From Tubulanus polymorphus (taxonomy: Eukaryota; Animalia; Nemertea), in assembly GCF_964204645.1 (NCBI RefSeq), contig NC_134027.1, positions 14,850,485 to 14,914,484 of the forward strand: DNA of 64,000 nucleotides. The letters are read 5' to 3'. Below the pieces are notes generated by a model. The model was given only the letters and a program-made list of their open reading frames with translations. It made no database searches and was not told where the DNA came from. A program made the position numbers and the translations under genes. Positions 49,601 to 64,000 of this stretch are shown here, one piece after another (position 1 is the first letter of the stretch; each line of letters begins with the position of its first letter).

Positions 49601-50760
49601 TTCCGAAAGGAAGAGCCCTTTTTTGGAGCCTTCCCCTTGCCCCGATACAAACCGGAACCGTTACGACCAGACGAGGCTTGACGCGATTGTTGAAGCTGCG
49701 CGCTAGTTCTCCAACCGGCATCCGTAGCCGCCTGAGAAAGCGCTGAACTTTAGAGTTGGTCCTGTTTGCGTCCGTGCCGAACCTTGCGCCGCCGGTGTCG
49801 GACCCGAACGCTTTTTCCACGGAGTTTGGACGGTGGACTTAGTCTGGACCTCCCGATCCTCAGCTCGGCGGAAACAGGAGCGCACCAACCGGAGAAGAGA
49901 CGTGAAGATGTCCCCAATGGAGCTCTCAGCAAAGAATTGGACACCATATCTGGTAGACGAGCTTTGGAACTGGAGACCATAACTGACTGACATGAGGCTA
50001 ACACAACATTAGCCTTACCCCGAACAGACAACGGAATTACATGTGAAACAGACCCAGCCAAAGATTGGATAATCTGGTCCATTCCCTCTAGTTTTAGGTG
50101 CCAGCCGGGTTGTGCCGGTATCTCCACAACGGCGACACGCGCTCGGTTCAGAACGGCTGAACCGGTGACCGACCAGCGACCGGTGCCGGTGAACTAGCGT
50201 TCCTCCCCGGTGAACAGCTTCCGAGCCTTATTGGCCCGAATCCAAAGGTCCTCGGACCAAACCTCGCAAATCTTGCAAAGATTACTCCTAGAACAGATTT
50301 GGCCAGATTTATGCCTGCACAACGCACACGAACCGTGGTCAACCCAGGCACTGAATAAATGTCCACATCCCTCACTGCCACGATGCTGACCTTTAGGAGG
50401 GGGCGGCATAATTATTCAATTAATCGGTCACAAAAATGAACTAAATTAAATTAAATTAGTTAAATTATTTCGGGAAAAAAGAAACAAGGGATAGCCCCCA
50501 AACCAAACGGACTCACCGTCACGAGAGTGATAACTCCCTTAAATTCCTAATCCCTTTGATTTTTTGGCAAAAAAATCCAATGCATTCATATACAAGAACG
50601 CCAAGAAAAAAGATGGCGGATTTCGCCAGTGGCTAAATGCAATACCGCAGGGCCGGGTTGTATAGTAAAAACCATTGGCGATCAATCCAAATTTAGAAAA
50701 TATTGGCAAAAACCATAGGAAAGGGTACAGTACTCGACGGAGATATACGTTGGCATGAAA
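46630..50760 (-). mobile_element. DIRS1-like tyrosine-recombinase retrotransposon, degenerate (ends approximate)
   Basis: Cys-rich gag N-terminus (50194-50409); RT with LPFGL and YLDD (48838-49500); RNase H FTDAS; methyltransferase-like DLFA..DAFSLDW..YAFPP; overlapping YR pieces ending in HQVRSMAT. Confidence 0.9.
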
Positions 50761-51266
50761 TTTGAACCCGATCACATGTTATACCTATGCTACCTATACT
50801 AACATTACATACAAAAGGATAAACAAGGAACAATTTTTAGCCTCACATATTCCTTGCAATTCATCTAAGGACTATCAAAGATAAGTAGGTTTGAAAAACA
50901 TTCATGGCGTAAATTCTGTCATACTAATATCATTCTATCATACCACTATACAACAATACTGAGGATAATTAATTCGATTCTTGCTTGTGATAGATAGAAG
51001 GTAAGACAAGATTAATCAAAGGTCCACCCGCTTTCAAGCGATGTGTTTGTTATTCATTCATTGTTGAATAAGTTCCATGTTGTATAATGCTATACCTTCA
51101 ATAGCATGTGTGTGGTAGGAAAAACTGCTATATTGCAAATCATTGTCAAATGTATGTAGTTGTTCATTTACAAGTAAGCAATCAGCCAAAATATCAACAG
51201 AGGTACGAATGACAGTGTGAATAAATTCAATCTGGATACATGTATCTCATTAATACACCTTTATAC

Positions 51267-51385
51267 CTTTTGCTCTGTTTCCTTTTGATGTATATTTAGT
51301 AAACATAGTTCCATTCACTAGATAGTTGAGTCTTTGTTCTTTGATCAATTCAATAATCTCTGGTTTAATCTGTTCTCGTAGTTCT
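51267..51385 (-). CDS. ELMO: ELMO exon
   Basis: ELREQIKPEIIELIKEQRLNYLVNGTMFTKYTSKGNRAK; AG/GT boundaries. Confidence 0.95.
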
Positions 51386-53545
51386 CTAAAAAATAAAATG
51401 AAAATTTGAATAAAGGGCCAATGGTCAAAAAGTAAAAAAATCTGTCACGCATAGGCTACCGGTATGCAAAAATTCACTTCATTGAAAAATAAACAAGAAA
51501 AAGATATATGAAAAAGGACTTTGGTCAGTGTGACTTTTAATGATAACTGACTATTTTTAACGATAGTGAAATCTTCGAAAAATTGATTGTGTGATTTTAA
51601 GATGCAACAAACGTTCATAATTTTAATACATCTCGAGAATGACCTAAAACAACTAAAACTCAGTGACCCCTTAAAATATGGTACAAACTTGGTAAGAACC
51701 TGGGTTTCATCAGAAGTTTTTCATTACCACACAGACCAATCAGGACAGAAGCTCCTAAGTTCTTCAAATTTGAAGCCAGTGCCGGTTACTGATGAAATAA
51801 AGTTTATTGACATGGTTTTTTAAAATAATTTCACGATAGGATTGCTTTAAAAAGGCAGGCAAGCTTACATCTTCACTCAGACAAATCGTTGTTATGGATG
51901 ACCTAAAGCGTGGCGAGCGTTATCTATAACTGATACATACAAGTAGTAAACGCGAGAAGGCGATATTGCCTACGCGTCAATAAAGGACTTCAATGCAAAT
52001 GCTCAATCACTGTGTCGCAATTAACAAACTAATCCAAATAATCAGGCTCCAAAACACATCGCTAATGTAAACGTCAATAAAATGACCTCGATTCATGATG
52101 ATAAAGTATTCCTGGCAGTCATGTAAATATCAGACTCATCTCTAAAAATTCGATGGTATCATCAATGAATCAGCCGTGTGGCAAACACGGATCCAAATTT
52201 TTGCATTTTGAAACCACATTTTTGTCTGATATCTTGATGCAGCGTTACCTTATTCACGGGATTTCAAAATTAGATGAATCATTGAACACATCGCACACAA
52301 TCAATCGTTATATCATACGCCTTGAGTATCAGTATTCGCGCTAGAAATGATATCAACCTATTCAATCATGCCGCCATTTTGTTTATTGAAATAACGCGCA
52401 CCTGCTGATCCAACTCATTAACATATTCAATGCTAGGAGTTCATGAAGGAGGTCAAACCGGCTCAACACAAATTATATATAACCAAGACTTTGAGGGGTT
52501 TAGTCTTAGAAAGCCCACAACTACCGAATAAAGCGTCGGATCTTGACGAGATAAAGTTCTTCCGATGCAAATAGCATTGAATTTTCACACTTGTTATTTT
52601 GGACATTTAAAGATGCTGCATAAAAAAAGTGCTCAATAAATCGAAAATTGCGTTTGAGTATGCTAAAAATAGCTTTGAGTGTAGTGTATTGATTAAGCAT
52701 ATGAATAGTTATCGATCGCCCAGACCGTTGACATAGGGTTACTAACACAAGCAAAAAAATCAGTTACCAAGCAGGTATACCAAGCAGCAATATTCAACAA
52801 ATGAACATGAGTCCCCAAGGCTTGCTGGGAGTAATTTGTAATAAGTTGTGGTAACATTTTTCAATAAATTGCCCATCGGCAAAGTGGTTTACCTTGAGCC
52901 TGTTTGGCAAGGGCATTGCCTAAGAAAATCTTTTTGATTCGTGAGGTAAAAGTTCTATTTTACATTGTATTCTATCTTTTTTCAAAGAACTATTTCGTAG
53001 TCATTTAAATAAGGTCCAACATACTCATTTAGTATAATAGAGGAATAAAATAATAGAGGATAATAGAGGAACAAAATAGAGGACCAAAGGTCCTGAGGCT
53101 AAGATATAAAACCTCAATCAAAAATTAGGCATGGTATGGATTGAGATTGGATACGATTAGAGGAATGAGAATTTTGAGAAACGAAAGTAACATTTTGACA
53201 ACACCATATCTGAATGCCTTTGTCACACTGTCAGTTTTGCCAGCACCTAGCTATCATATTTCCGGATATCAATTTCAAGATCATTTCCCGTACCGTTCGC
53301 CCTAGTCAGTACTGGAATTTTCGGAATTGTTTTTTGAAAGTTTTGATTTCCGGAACACCGGAAATTTCCGGAAGTCTGGCAACTGTACATTTAACGTGCG
53401 CTCGTGGCAACGGTAGTCATGTAAACAACTAATAGTTGTATACATTACTACTGTACTGTTGCTGCGCACATGTCTGAAACCGATGAATAAAATACATACA
53501 TGCGGCGTTGTCGTAGCAATACCGAGCTATAAAATACCCCCACTT

Positions 53546-56500
53546 TCTGTAAGTTGCTCATAAAGTTGCGCATGCACTCTTTTGTGTTTTTGCAAACTGC
53601 TCATGCACACATTATTCTTGCACATGCGAGCAGATATTTCTGGCATGAGCGGTAATTTTTGCTCATGCATGTCAAAGTACATGTGATATTTTTACCATGT
53701 CAAGAAGGTCGAGTAAAAACCTAGCACACACGACTGGTGGTACTGTCGAAAGGCCGAAAAAAGCGTTGTTTAACCACTGCCTTTTTAACGGAAGTAGAAA
53801 ATATTCAGAATCGACAACTACAACAACAAGTTTCTTTCTTGTGTTCATATTCTATCCTTGTTGCTCTACACTCAATTGTGCTTATCATCTGACTGAAGTT
53901 TTTATCTGGATTTAGGAGTTAACATAGCCTTATCTCGACTTGCCAGAACTGGTTTTAACTGGAATTTCGTGTATTTTGCTCATAAAGTTGCTTGAGCTAT
54001 TGTGTCAAAACCAGTGTAAACTGGATCTAATTGTATATTTATTGTACAAATATTGTTGAAATAATGATTCCTTGTTGTAAATTTCATTTGTGGCAAAAAG
54101 ATATATATCATACATTTAAACTACTTAAAAATTGGCTCAGGTTATTGTTTTTTCTTAACCAGTATAAACTGCCCACAAATTAGTGGCTAGAGTCAGTTGT
54201 TTTTCTTTTTTCAATTGCATTTAGATCAAATACGCAATTTACGCATATACTGTGTACATTAATTTTCTTCAAATATACAGCAGTTTAAAATCATTGACAA
54301 GGTACCATATCCCACATTTCTAAGGTTTATAAACAAATGTCCTTTTTTCATTTTCTAGTTTTAGCCATACTGTTTAATGAATGAATGTCAATTTTACTCC
54401 AAGCTTGGTATATGTTGGTAATAATATCCCGGGAAAAAACATTCCAGTGAAAAAATGTTAACGGAAATAATGTCCCATAAGGTCGAAAAAATGTCCCAGT
54501 CTATCATTACTAATTTAGAAAAATTCACATCAAAATAACACAAGAGCCCAAACACTAACCATAAAACATGATTGAGTGACCATGAGAATAATAGGCCTAG
54601 ACTTTTGGCATTAATCAATTATGCCTAGAAGAATATGAGAACTCATGAGACATCTAATTTCAGATTTTACAATTGAATTAAATGTGCAGTTGCAAAATTA
54701 CATATCATTAATGGGGAAATTATGACAAGTTATAAAGTAAATGCAGTTACTTCAATAATTACATCAAATTTAAGAGAATTTCAAATTCATTATACAAATA
54801 ATTAAATCAAATTTATAATACAAATAATTAAATGGTAAAGGCATTATTTGTTACAAATAGGAGTCCAGAGACACACTCACCACAATCATAGAACATGTCA
54901 TGAACTACAACTTTGCAATTTATTGTGGTAACAAAATATTCATAGGTATAAGTATATTATAGAAATACTAAGTCATTGTATTATTCAACACCCATGGTGG
55001 CCATATAAAAAAACCAATGACCTTGAAACTCACCAAAATCATAGTACACGTTATTAGCTACAACCTTCCAAATGATTGTTGTAACAAAATATGCTTAGGT
55101 ATCGATATAATGCAGAAAAACCTACAAATGAGTACTGATGGCCAACCTACAAATGAGTACTGATGGCACCAAGATGGCCGCCAATTGCATCATAATTGGC
55201 TGATCAAAAATACCTGTCTCAGGTATAAACATCCCTTTTCAAAGAATACCTATCACAAATTGCAATGGAAAATAGCATACCAGTAGGAAGCTACAGGACT
55301 CAGAATTCGGACCAAAATTGACATTTTTGGGCACTAAAAAGGTCATAAGACGGCCATCTTGAGTCCAATCCATCCAATTTTTCTCGAATCTTCAAAATTT
55401 CCCTCAAAAAGTTCAAAAATGTGTAAAAAGTGCTGATTTTGGCAAACAACAATGGCTGCCAGTCGGCCATCATGATTCTGACAGGGCCAGTTTTTGGGCT
55501 GAAGATGTGTCTAGGGTAGATACATGAACAACTCAATTATCAGGACATTACATTGAAGCGTCTTCAAAACTTACCAAAATAACTGGATTCCGTCCACGGA
55601 CGGATGAAAAGTGAACGCATTAGCCCGCTAAAGTCCCAAGTGGGCTAAAAATGTTAGCATTGTTATTAAATTACCAAGTTTGTTCTCTGGTGTTATTATG
55701 ATGTGAAATTAACTACATTACCAAGTTAGTAATCATAGACTGGGACAGTTGCTCATAAAGTTGCGCATGCACTCTTTTGTGTTTTTGCAAACTGCTCATG
55801 CACACATTATTCTTGCACATGCGAGCAGATATTTCTGGCATGAGCGGTAATTTTTGCTCATGCATGTCAAAGTACATGTGATATTGTATATGTATAAAAT
55901 GTTAGCATTGTTATTAAATTACCAAGTTTGTTCTCTGGTGTTATTATGATGTGAAATTAACTACATTACCAAGTTAGTAATCATAGACTGGGACAGTTGC
56001 TCATAAAGTTGCGCATGCACTCTTTTGTGTTTTTGCAAACTGCTCATGCACACATTATTCTTGCACATGCGAGCAGATATTTCGTTAACTACATTACCAA
56101 GTTAGTAATCATAGACTGGGACATTTTTACCATATACTATGCCACCCAGTTACAGAAGAGTGGCCAATTTTATTGTGTTTCAAATGACACATACGTATAA
56201 GCCGAGTCAAAGAACGATTTCAGAAGTGAAGTTGGAACTGGCCACATCATTGTATGGAAAAGTCGTCTGTTTTCCGCTGACCAGTTAGCTAGAGATTGGT
56301 TGCTAAATATGGACTGTAACTTATCAGAAGATGCATGTATATATGTGTAGTTTTTCATATTAATATTCTAATGCCACTACTAGGCCGTCACAATAAGGGG
56401 TATTTCTCGAGTTATTGTGTTTCAAAAATATCAGTTCAAATTCGTCGCATTAATTCATTAACTCTATGGTTAACATTGAACTGAATGTCCAGCGCCGTTT

Positions 56501-56692
56501 AGCAATAAAAACCTTTTATATATTGAGAACATGAGCACGAATCTATAGCTTGGATTTCCGCTCACACGTGTTTTGACATGCATGAACAAAAGTATCTGCT
56601 CATACTTCCAACCATGAGCAGGACTAATGTGTACATGAGCAACTTACAAAAACGTAAAAGAGTGCATGCACAACTTCAAGAGCAACTTACAG
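53546..56692. mobile_element. Non-autonomous TIR element with a nested HINE and an internal 248-bp tandem duplication
   Basis: TCTGTAAGTTGCTC...GAGCAACTTACAGA ends with ~120-bp imperfect arms; arm sequence repeated at ~55748 and ~55996. Confidence 0.6.
54856..55650 (+). mobile_element. HINE-like element, shorter copy of 25659-26874
   Basis: Same core repeat, body, GGAC repeat and 3' end. Confidence 0.7.
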
Positions 56693-56975
56693 ATTTAGGG
56701 CTATTATATACCTGCAATACCCGAATACGCATTGAGAAGCAATATGCAACAATAAGTAAAACAGACGCTGAATGCTTTTATGGTTCACCCGATTATCAAT
56801 TGCCCCGAGACCATCATCATCCCGCTAGTTTTTACATGACTTTTGGACTATTTGGAGAAATGCTATTTTTGGTACTGAAATCTTCCATGGATCGGCAGGG
56901 AATTTCCCCCCTCTAGGGAATAAGTTGGACAAATTTTTCTTTTCTTTTACAGGTTCGACGCTGGGCTGAACTTAC

Positions 56976-57145
56976 ACAATTGGTTTCGCCTGCGATTCCC
57001 ACTCTTCTTTTGTCTGCCGCTCTTGTTGCCAAATGTTGGTAATTTCAGCATATCTCAGCTGTTCCAATTTCTTCTTAAACTGATCAAATGTACCTGGATT
57101 AGTCTCCAATGCTCTAGTTATTTGTTCTCGAACAACTGCCAATAC
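56976..57145 (-). CDS. ELMO: ELMO exon
   Basis: VLAVVREQITRALETNPGTFDQFKKKLEQLRYAEITNIWQQERQTKEEWESQAKPIV; AG/GTAAG boundaries. Confidence 0.95.
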
Positions 57146-58582
57146 CTAGTTAAAACAGAATATAAAGTTTCCATTTAATATTGAATTTGTTTCATGTGAC
57201 CTTGAAACTTTGCTCAGATGCTTAGCACTCCACCAACTACATATCTGCAACACATTTTCGTTACCAAATCTGTTTCATTTAGAAGTTTATCTGACATCTT
57301 TTTCATATATTAAGCATCCAAGAAAACAAATATGCCCATCAGTCGGCCATCCAAGTAGGATCCAATTACAAAATAAAACGCACATGCACAACTACTACAA
57401 CGCACACAACATGCTTCCAAACAAACATATGTGTAAAGAAGATAGAACCAGTAGTTTAGGAGAAAATCTCCAGACTAGATTGTGTATTCCGATGAGGGAC
57501 AACCTGTTTACCACCCTACACTTCATTGCAGGGGGTATAATGAATGTTTAGACCATCTTTGCATGTATATATTGCATTTCAAATTCCAATGAAAGTACTC
57601 TATTAATTTTGGACATTTTTTGGACATTTTTAAGTGGTGGTCATCTCACCAGCCCCAATCCTCCCACCAAGTTTCATGAAAATTCATCAAGAATCATAGG
57701 CTGTGTCATGCTGACAAAAATTAAAGATGGCTACCCTCGCGGTCCTATTTGATGGCCAATAACCTCCATTTTCAATATGGGCTGAAATTACCAACCCAAA
57801 TCCTTACACGCAGTTCGATGGATATCCATTAAGATTTCTAGGCTGTATTGTCCTAAAAAGAAAATTCAAGATGGCGGCCCTATTGGCCATATCTAATGGT
57901 AAATGACCTCCACTTTCAATAGGGGCACACATCTCATCTACCCAAATCCACCCACTTTCATGAAAATCCATCAGAACTTTAGGCTGTATCACGCTGACAA
58001 GAACTTCAAATGTGCAGGCAGCCATATTTGATTTTCAACAGGGGTGGACATCTCACCTGCCCCAATCCTCAGACTGTAAATGTATATGGGGAGACATAAT
58101 GACCAGTGAGTATCAATAGCATATTACCAGGGCTATAGCTTACTAGCATTGTCCCATAGAAAGGCGAGCTAAGTACCTATTGATTGACAGGATTGTGCTG
58201 ACTAACGAGAGAGTCGGATATTTGCTTGTAGCAGAGCTGCCAACATGGACATTTCAGTGAGAGGAACTAAAATTCCAATTCATGTACCAAGGAGGGCTCT
58301 ACCGATAATTGCAGCCATGGAATCATATTAAATGATCACATATATTCCACACATAAATGAGGGCCCGAATCCTTAAAGTGTCAGGTTAACCAACAGAGCA
58401 AATGAGGAAATCCAGTCTCAATTGACTTCACCACTGGTTGCCCCATGCCCTCAATGCCCACTGCCATGTAAAACTGATTATTGACATTCATTTGGAACTT
58501 CAAACTTTTTAATCATTAAAATATGACATTGGACAACAAATAAAAAGTAAATCTAATCAGAAAATCAAAATGTATACATTAC

Positions 58583-58719
58583 CCTCGGAAAATCTTCAGC
58601 AGTTGCCCGCATTTCCTTCCATGTTTTGTTTAAGGTCAAAATACAAGTGCAAAAGAATTCACCAAATGGATGGTCATGGTTGAAGAAGAGTAATGATTGA
58701 ACTTGACCCTCTTCATGAG
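58583..58719 (-). CDS. ELMO: ELMO exon (ELMO domain C-terminal part); upstream exons not found in the window
   Basis: [45 protein letters not shown]; AG/GT boundaries. Confidence 0.95.
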
Positions 58720-59893
58720 CTATATGAAATGAAAACATATCAGAATATCAATCAATGAAACAATGACATACAAGCTACCTATCGGCTGATATAGCTCGGC
58801 TGCCTTTTGTTTACTTCATTATTCTTCATTCATCTAATTGCCACATTGCTTAAGGTACCTCGATGGATAAAAATATGGTTTCTAGGCAGTAGACAGAGAT
58901 GAGAACGCCTACCTTTAAAATCTGCGTTTTTTTTTCTCGAGTTACGCACGCGAAAAAGCTGACGGCGTAGCTGTCAGCAATCGCGAGCGCCTAAGGCGCG
59001 AAGCTATTTCGGGGGCTTTCGGGGGTCCCCCCCAAGAAAATCTTACAAATTAAAAGCCTTTTGCCAAGTACTTAGAGCAATCTTGATCCCATGAACAAAT
59101 ATTATATTTTGGAAGGTAATGGCTAGTTCCAATGTGGTACATCCTCATTCGATGACATTCAGCATCTCATGCATTACGGGTCGAGCCCTGAATTATTGCA
59201 GTTAAAATGCGCCGATGAATGCTCACTTAAAATCATTACCCAGTAGTATATAATATCTGAAGGCGTTCGCCACAGACGCGTGGCAACAGTAAGTAGTCCT
59301 ATTATAGGCCTACTTACATTACTATACATTACTACTGTTGCTGCGGGCACATGTCTGCAACCGATCGATAAAGTAAATACACACTCATCGTAGTACAAAT
59401 GTAGATACAAAATCAGTGTTGCAATGAATATGCAATGAAATGCGATACTTTTACGCGACGATAAGTAAAACAGGCACTGAACGCTTTTACAGTACGCCTG
59501 ATTACCGATCAAACTGGACCAATTGAGTGAGATCATCACCACCTTACTTTTACATCATTTTTTGACTATTTGGAAAATTGATATTTTTCAATACCAAAAT
59601 CCGCAGCAAACCGCGGATCCGCGGGAAATTCTCATCCCTGCAGTAGATCAACCCCTGGGGGTCAAATCCCAAAACAAGGGGTCTACATGATTGTAGTCTT
59701 TCACAACGATAGACTATCACTGGCACAAAGTTTTTTTTATCTTATGATCCGATAAAAACTGCAGGAATAGTAGAGATTCATAGAAACATTTAGATTATAT
59801 TTATATGATATCACCAATCAATTGGTAACTGAAAATTGAAAGTCTTGGTAACCTCCTCCAATGTAAGGCCGCAGAAGCTAACATACCGGTAAC

Positions 59894-61253
59894 ATAAACA
59901 AGAGATCCACGGATCTTAATATCTCGGGCGCAGAATGTTATCTTTGTAATGTATAGGCGCCACCTGATTGATGCATCTGTAAGGTTTTCCTTGAACACTT
60001 CATGGATGTGTAACATCTGCTAATTTCGGTGAACAACATCATCAAATCTAATCAGCAATCATCGCGGCAATACGGGATATCGACATATTCAAGTTCTTGA
60101 ATTACTTGTTTGATGGCGCTAGTCAGAACGGGAAATTGGAACCTAAATCTGCCTAGTTCATTTACAATAAAAATCTCTCGCTTCAAGTGTTTCGTTAGCG
60201 ATATTTTACTTACTATACAACGGCACGCATAATCCTGACAATGTGTTGAATTCGATAAAACCTCACTTCGAACACTAAAGATTACTAGAAATGTCAAAAA
60301 ACTACCAAAAATAATTTAGCGATGACACTCGAAGCAGATAATGGAAGTAATGACTGGTGCCGGGTGTCATCACTTTGTTGTTGAGTTCAAGACTCTAAGG
60401 TAAATTTATTGCAGGCAACACTGATAAATATGAGATAATATTATGAAATAAAATTGATCTTAGAAGGACTAAACTCGTAGATTCATAATAAAAATATGAA
60501 AAATACCAGGACTCGAACCAACAATCTTAATTGGGCCGTCAAGTGCTGCCACCAGACAACCAGTCTTTACATCATCAGCCGTTGCAAAATGTTTTTTGAT
60601 TATTTTAGGACATTTATAGTGATTTCTAGCCTTTGCAGTGAGGGTTCATCATATCCAACGTAGCGGTAGGATAACATATTTCAAGGATAATGCGTGACGA
60701 AAAAAAGCAAGTAAAATATCGCTCATTGAAAACTTGAAGCGAGAGATCTTCATTGCAAATGAACTAGAGCATGGCGGATTTAGGTTCCAATTTCCGGTTC
60801 TGTCTACCGCCATCGAACGGAGATTCAAGAACTTGAATTTGTCGATATCCTGTATACACGAGGTGTGGGCCTATTCGATTGTGCGCGCATAATCTTCCGC
60901 GAAGTAGCGTATCGATTGAATCTTCGGTTATTTGCATAATGAAATAGATATTGGGAGACGGAAGCGATACTACGGCTATCAAATTAAAAATGAACATATA
61001 AAACTCTCCCATATGGGAAATGAGAAACTAGAACTGAGCAGATTAACAGATGAGAAGATTAAAAGACCGGTTTGTCTGCGTCAATCGAATATGCCCTTAC
61101 ATTGATTGACAGCGGGAGCTCAGCCAACCGCAGGGAGCAGTTATTTTACTTCAATGTAACGTTGAACATCGGCCTTCTAGCCGTTTTATGAAACAAAATG
61201 CTCCTTGAAATTTCTTTAAAAATCGCCACAAATTCGTTGATTTCTCTTAAATA
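59894..61253 (+). repeat. ~1.35-kb interspersed repeat (copy 2)
   Basis: Co-linear with 27982-29340. Confidence 0.85.
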
Positions 61254-61791
61254 AACGGCGCTTTCGACCAGAAATTCTGATCTTACCTCTGCGTATCGTT
61301 ATTTCTGATTAAAATGATAATCCTGTCTGTAGCGAAAGCAAAATTTGACCGAGATCGAAAATGGGTTTCAAAATTGCGACACAGCGGCCATTAATCATAG
61401 CTCCGCGCTTAATACGAAAATCGAGATTTCGAATAAAAAACTTTTGACGCTGACATACATCGCAAATTAGACAAAATATCTTACGTTTATACAATTAATC
61501 TAAGAATATTTGTTGCGCGTTGTAGTTATTCTTAAAATGCGCAAAAATGTGATTAGAAAGCATCGCGTTATAGCATTTAGTGTGGTACTCATCAGCTGGC
61601 GCCACCATGCGGCGACCGCGGTAATTAGAGGAGCCGTCTTTCAATCTCGGCCCGGTTTTAGATTCCCTATGAACAGGATTATCAATTTAAAATGGAAATA
61701 AGGATATTCAGAAGTAAGTTCAGGGTCCAATCTTTCCAGAAAGTTCTCGTTTGTAATAATCGGTTTAGTATTTCTGGTCGAAAGCACCGTT
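61254..61791. mobile_element. MITE with ~22-bp TIRs
   Basis: AACGGCGCTTTCGACCAGAAAT at the left end and ATTTCTGGTCGAAAGCACCGTT at the right end. Confidence 0.65.
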
Positions 61792-61899
61792 CGCGGGTCG
61801 ATGGCAGAGTGTGTTGAGTCAATGGGCCTGAAAACCCTTCATTGGTGAAATGCCGACACTTTTCCCAACACTGATAGAAGGCCTGCTTGTCTGCGACCG

Positions 61900-62580
61900 A
61901 TGCATTTGGCCCTTAGTTTCCTTTAAGGCGACTTGCCAGCTCCCAGTGATATAGAATTGCTCACCGTATGGTAAAAGCTTGAGTAATTTTTTTGCAGTTA
62001 AGTTAGTTTAGCCATTCAAGGTGCGATTGGAAATCTCCTTGAAGAGCTCATGACGGAGGAGATTTTTCTTATTTCACAAGACTTCAACTTTTTTCGATTT
62101 TCGTCGAAAAAGTAATTTTGAACAGACCTGGATTATCATTTCTTCCTTACAGATGAAGGCACTTGACAATGTTGAAAGATTTTGTTTGAGTGGCTAACAC
62201 AAGTTTGTTACACAGCTCCCCAAGGTTTTCATCCACGCTCGATGGTACACTGACAGCTATTATACAAACATCTGTATTTTCGATTAGATCACATTTCGGC
62301 ATTTGGAGTTTTAGTGTATGAACAGCTTGAGTTAGTTCCTTCACCTTCTCAGAGAGTTCATTTTTTTGACTGCGTAACTCATCCCCTCCGTCTGAGTTTG
62401 CTTGTGATGTACTTTTTGATAGGCTGATATCGCTGTCATGGCGTGTTACCGATAACTTGAGTTCCCCGAGACTGATGACAGTTTTCTCGACCATTTTATT
62501 AAGTTACGTTAGATTTTTCTTGATAGAACTGAGAGAGTCAAGTTTTCTCAAAACAGTCTTTTCGAATGCGCTTGACATCC
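61900..62580 (-). pseudogene. LINE (CR1/L2-like) ORF1 relic
   Basis: Coiled coil followed by an RRM-like segment (VCIIAVSVP...PGLFKITFST); stops and frameshifts. Confidence 0.5.
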
Positions 62581-63544
62581 TCGCTAGTGTGTGTGTATGT
62601 CACTAACTTCTAAGCTAAAAGCGGACTATACAGTTTGGGTATTTCGGTATTTCAGCAAAATCACTAGACCGGAACAGATCTCCACGTATGCCGGTGTACT
62701 AGGGTGTTGTATTACATTTAAATATTGAATGTCAAATATTTGAGAGTAAAGCGTCTCCAATTGTTACAACACTACATGCATCACTTAAATCATATCTCCA
62801 GAAACACCGGATTTTCTTGATTACTATGTTCACAAATTCGATAAATATTGACCGTTACATTTGACTATAATTCGTTATTCCTAACAGAACCTCGAACACC
62901 GCACTAAGCAAGATCCGCCATATTGTCTATGCTGGCTAATGCTCCTTGATAACTGAGTAAACAAAATAGAAATAACAAAGGCAGAAAAAATTATTCATTC
63001 ATATGGGATCCTTTAGATATGATTATAGCCATGGACTAGATCCACGATAAGCAAATCGAATTCGCAATCATTTCTTTATTCAACACATTGAAATCTTTTT
63101 ATGCACGCAGGCATGCATGGATATGCCCTTGGTTTTAAATGAAACACATTGAAATCTTTTTATGCACGCAGGCATGCATGGATGGATATGCCCTTGGTTT
63201 CAAATGACATTTGGATATAACTAATCTACAGTATATACGTCTACTGTTTTTCGGTTATAACGTATAAATAATCTGGTCCCCACTGCTACGTTACATCCAT
63301 GTAGACTGTAACTAGATAGTCTACAGACAAATGAATGATCGACAGAGTGTGAACACAATGGAATCAGAATATTTAACAAGGCAATTCGATACTACATATC
63401 TATGTCCCCCTCGATAGCCAGTAGGGAATGAATGACCCCTGAAGACATTGATCTTTGGTATAGAAAAATGATGAGTGTATGCAGGGATAACCATACTATG
63501 AAATATCATTTTCCTGCTATGAATGGTTATGAATGGTTAGGCAA

Positions 63545-64000
63545 AAGACGTCTCCTCAGGGGTTATCATACTATGAAATAGCATTGTTCTGTTATCAATG
63601 GTTCTTCTTGAATCGTGTTTACAAGGTTTTATATGAATGATATCTAGTGACCTTGACCTTTTCCCCCAAAATCAATAGGGCACATCCTCTCCCTAGGGGT
63701 AATCATACTACGTAATATCATGGTACTGCTATCGACGGTTCTTCTTGAATCACGTTCACAAGGTTTCACATGAATGACCTGTAGTGACCTTGACCTTTGA
63801 TCCTTGGACCTCAGATTCAATAGGGCACATCCTCTCCCTAGGGGTAATCATACTACGTAATATCATGGTCCTGCTATCGTCTTAAATGACGTTCACAAGG
63901 TTTCGCATGAATGACCTGTAGTGACCTTGACCTTTGGTCCTTGGAACCCAAAATCAGTAGGGCACATCCTCCCCCTAGGGGTAATCATACAGTGTAATAT
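63545..64000. repeat. Tandem array of the ~120-bp GACCTTGACCTTT repeat family
   Basis: About four units; same family as 22690-24390. Confidence 0.85.

Overview
This is AT-rich animal (invertebrate-type) genomic DNA, not prokaryotic. Positions 1 to about 14.8 kb are the right part of an integrated, decaying Polinton/Maverick (adintovirus-like) element. It encodes a packaging ATPase, a chromodomain integrase, major and minor capsid proteins, several membrane-type ORFs, a zinc-finger protein resembling poxvirus late transcription factor VLTF3, and a protein-primed PolB. The standout feature is a ~355-aa LAGLIDADG-type intein inserted exactly in catalytic motif C of that PolB (LYFD|intein|TDS). 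Almost every viral ORF start also carries a shared T-tract...TAAATG motif resembling a poxvirus late promoter. From 17.75 to at least 58.7 kb, seven 3' coding exons of a host ELMO/CED-12 gene lie on the minus strand, and its introns are packed with transposons. These include a ~9.3-kb TIR element carrying a KDZ-type transposase plus a convergent spliced NRF1/Ewg-DNA-binding-domain gene, a Penelope relic with hammerhead motifs, Gypsy relics, a non-autonomous LTR element, a DIRS element, MITEs and Helentron-like repeats. All calls are by eye from motifs; no database search was run.
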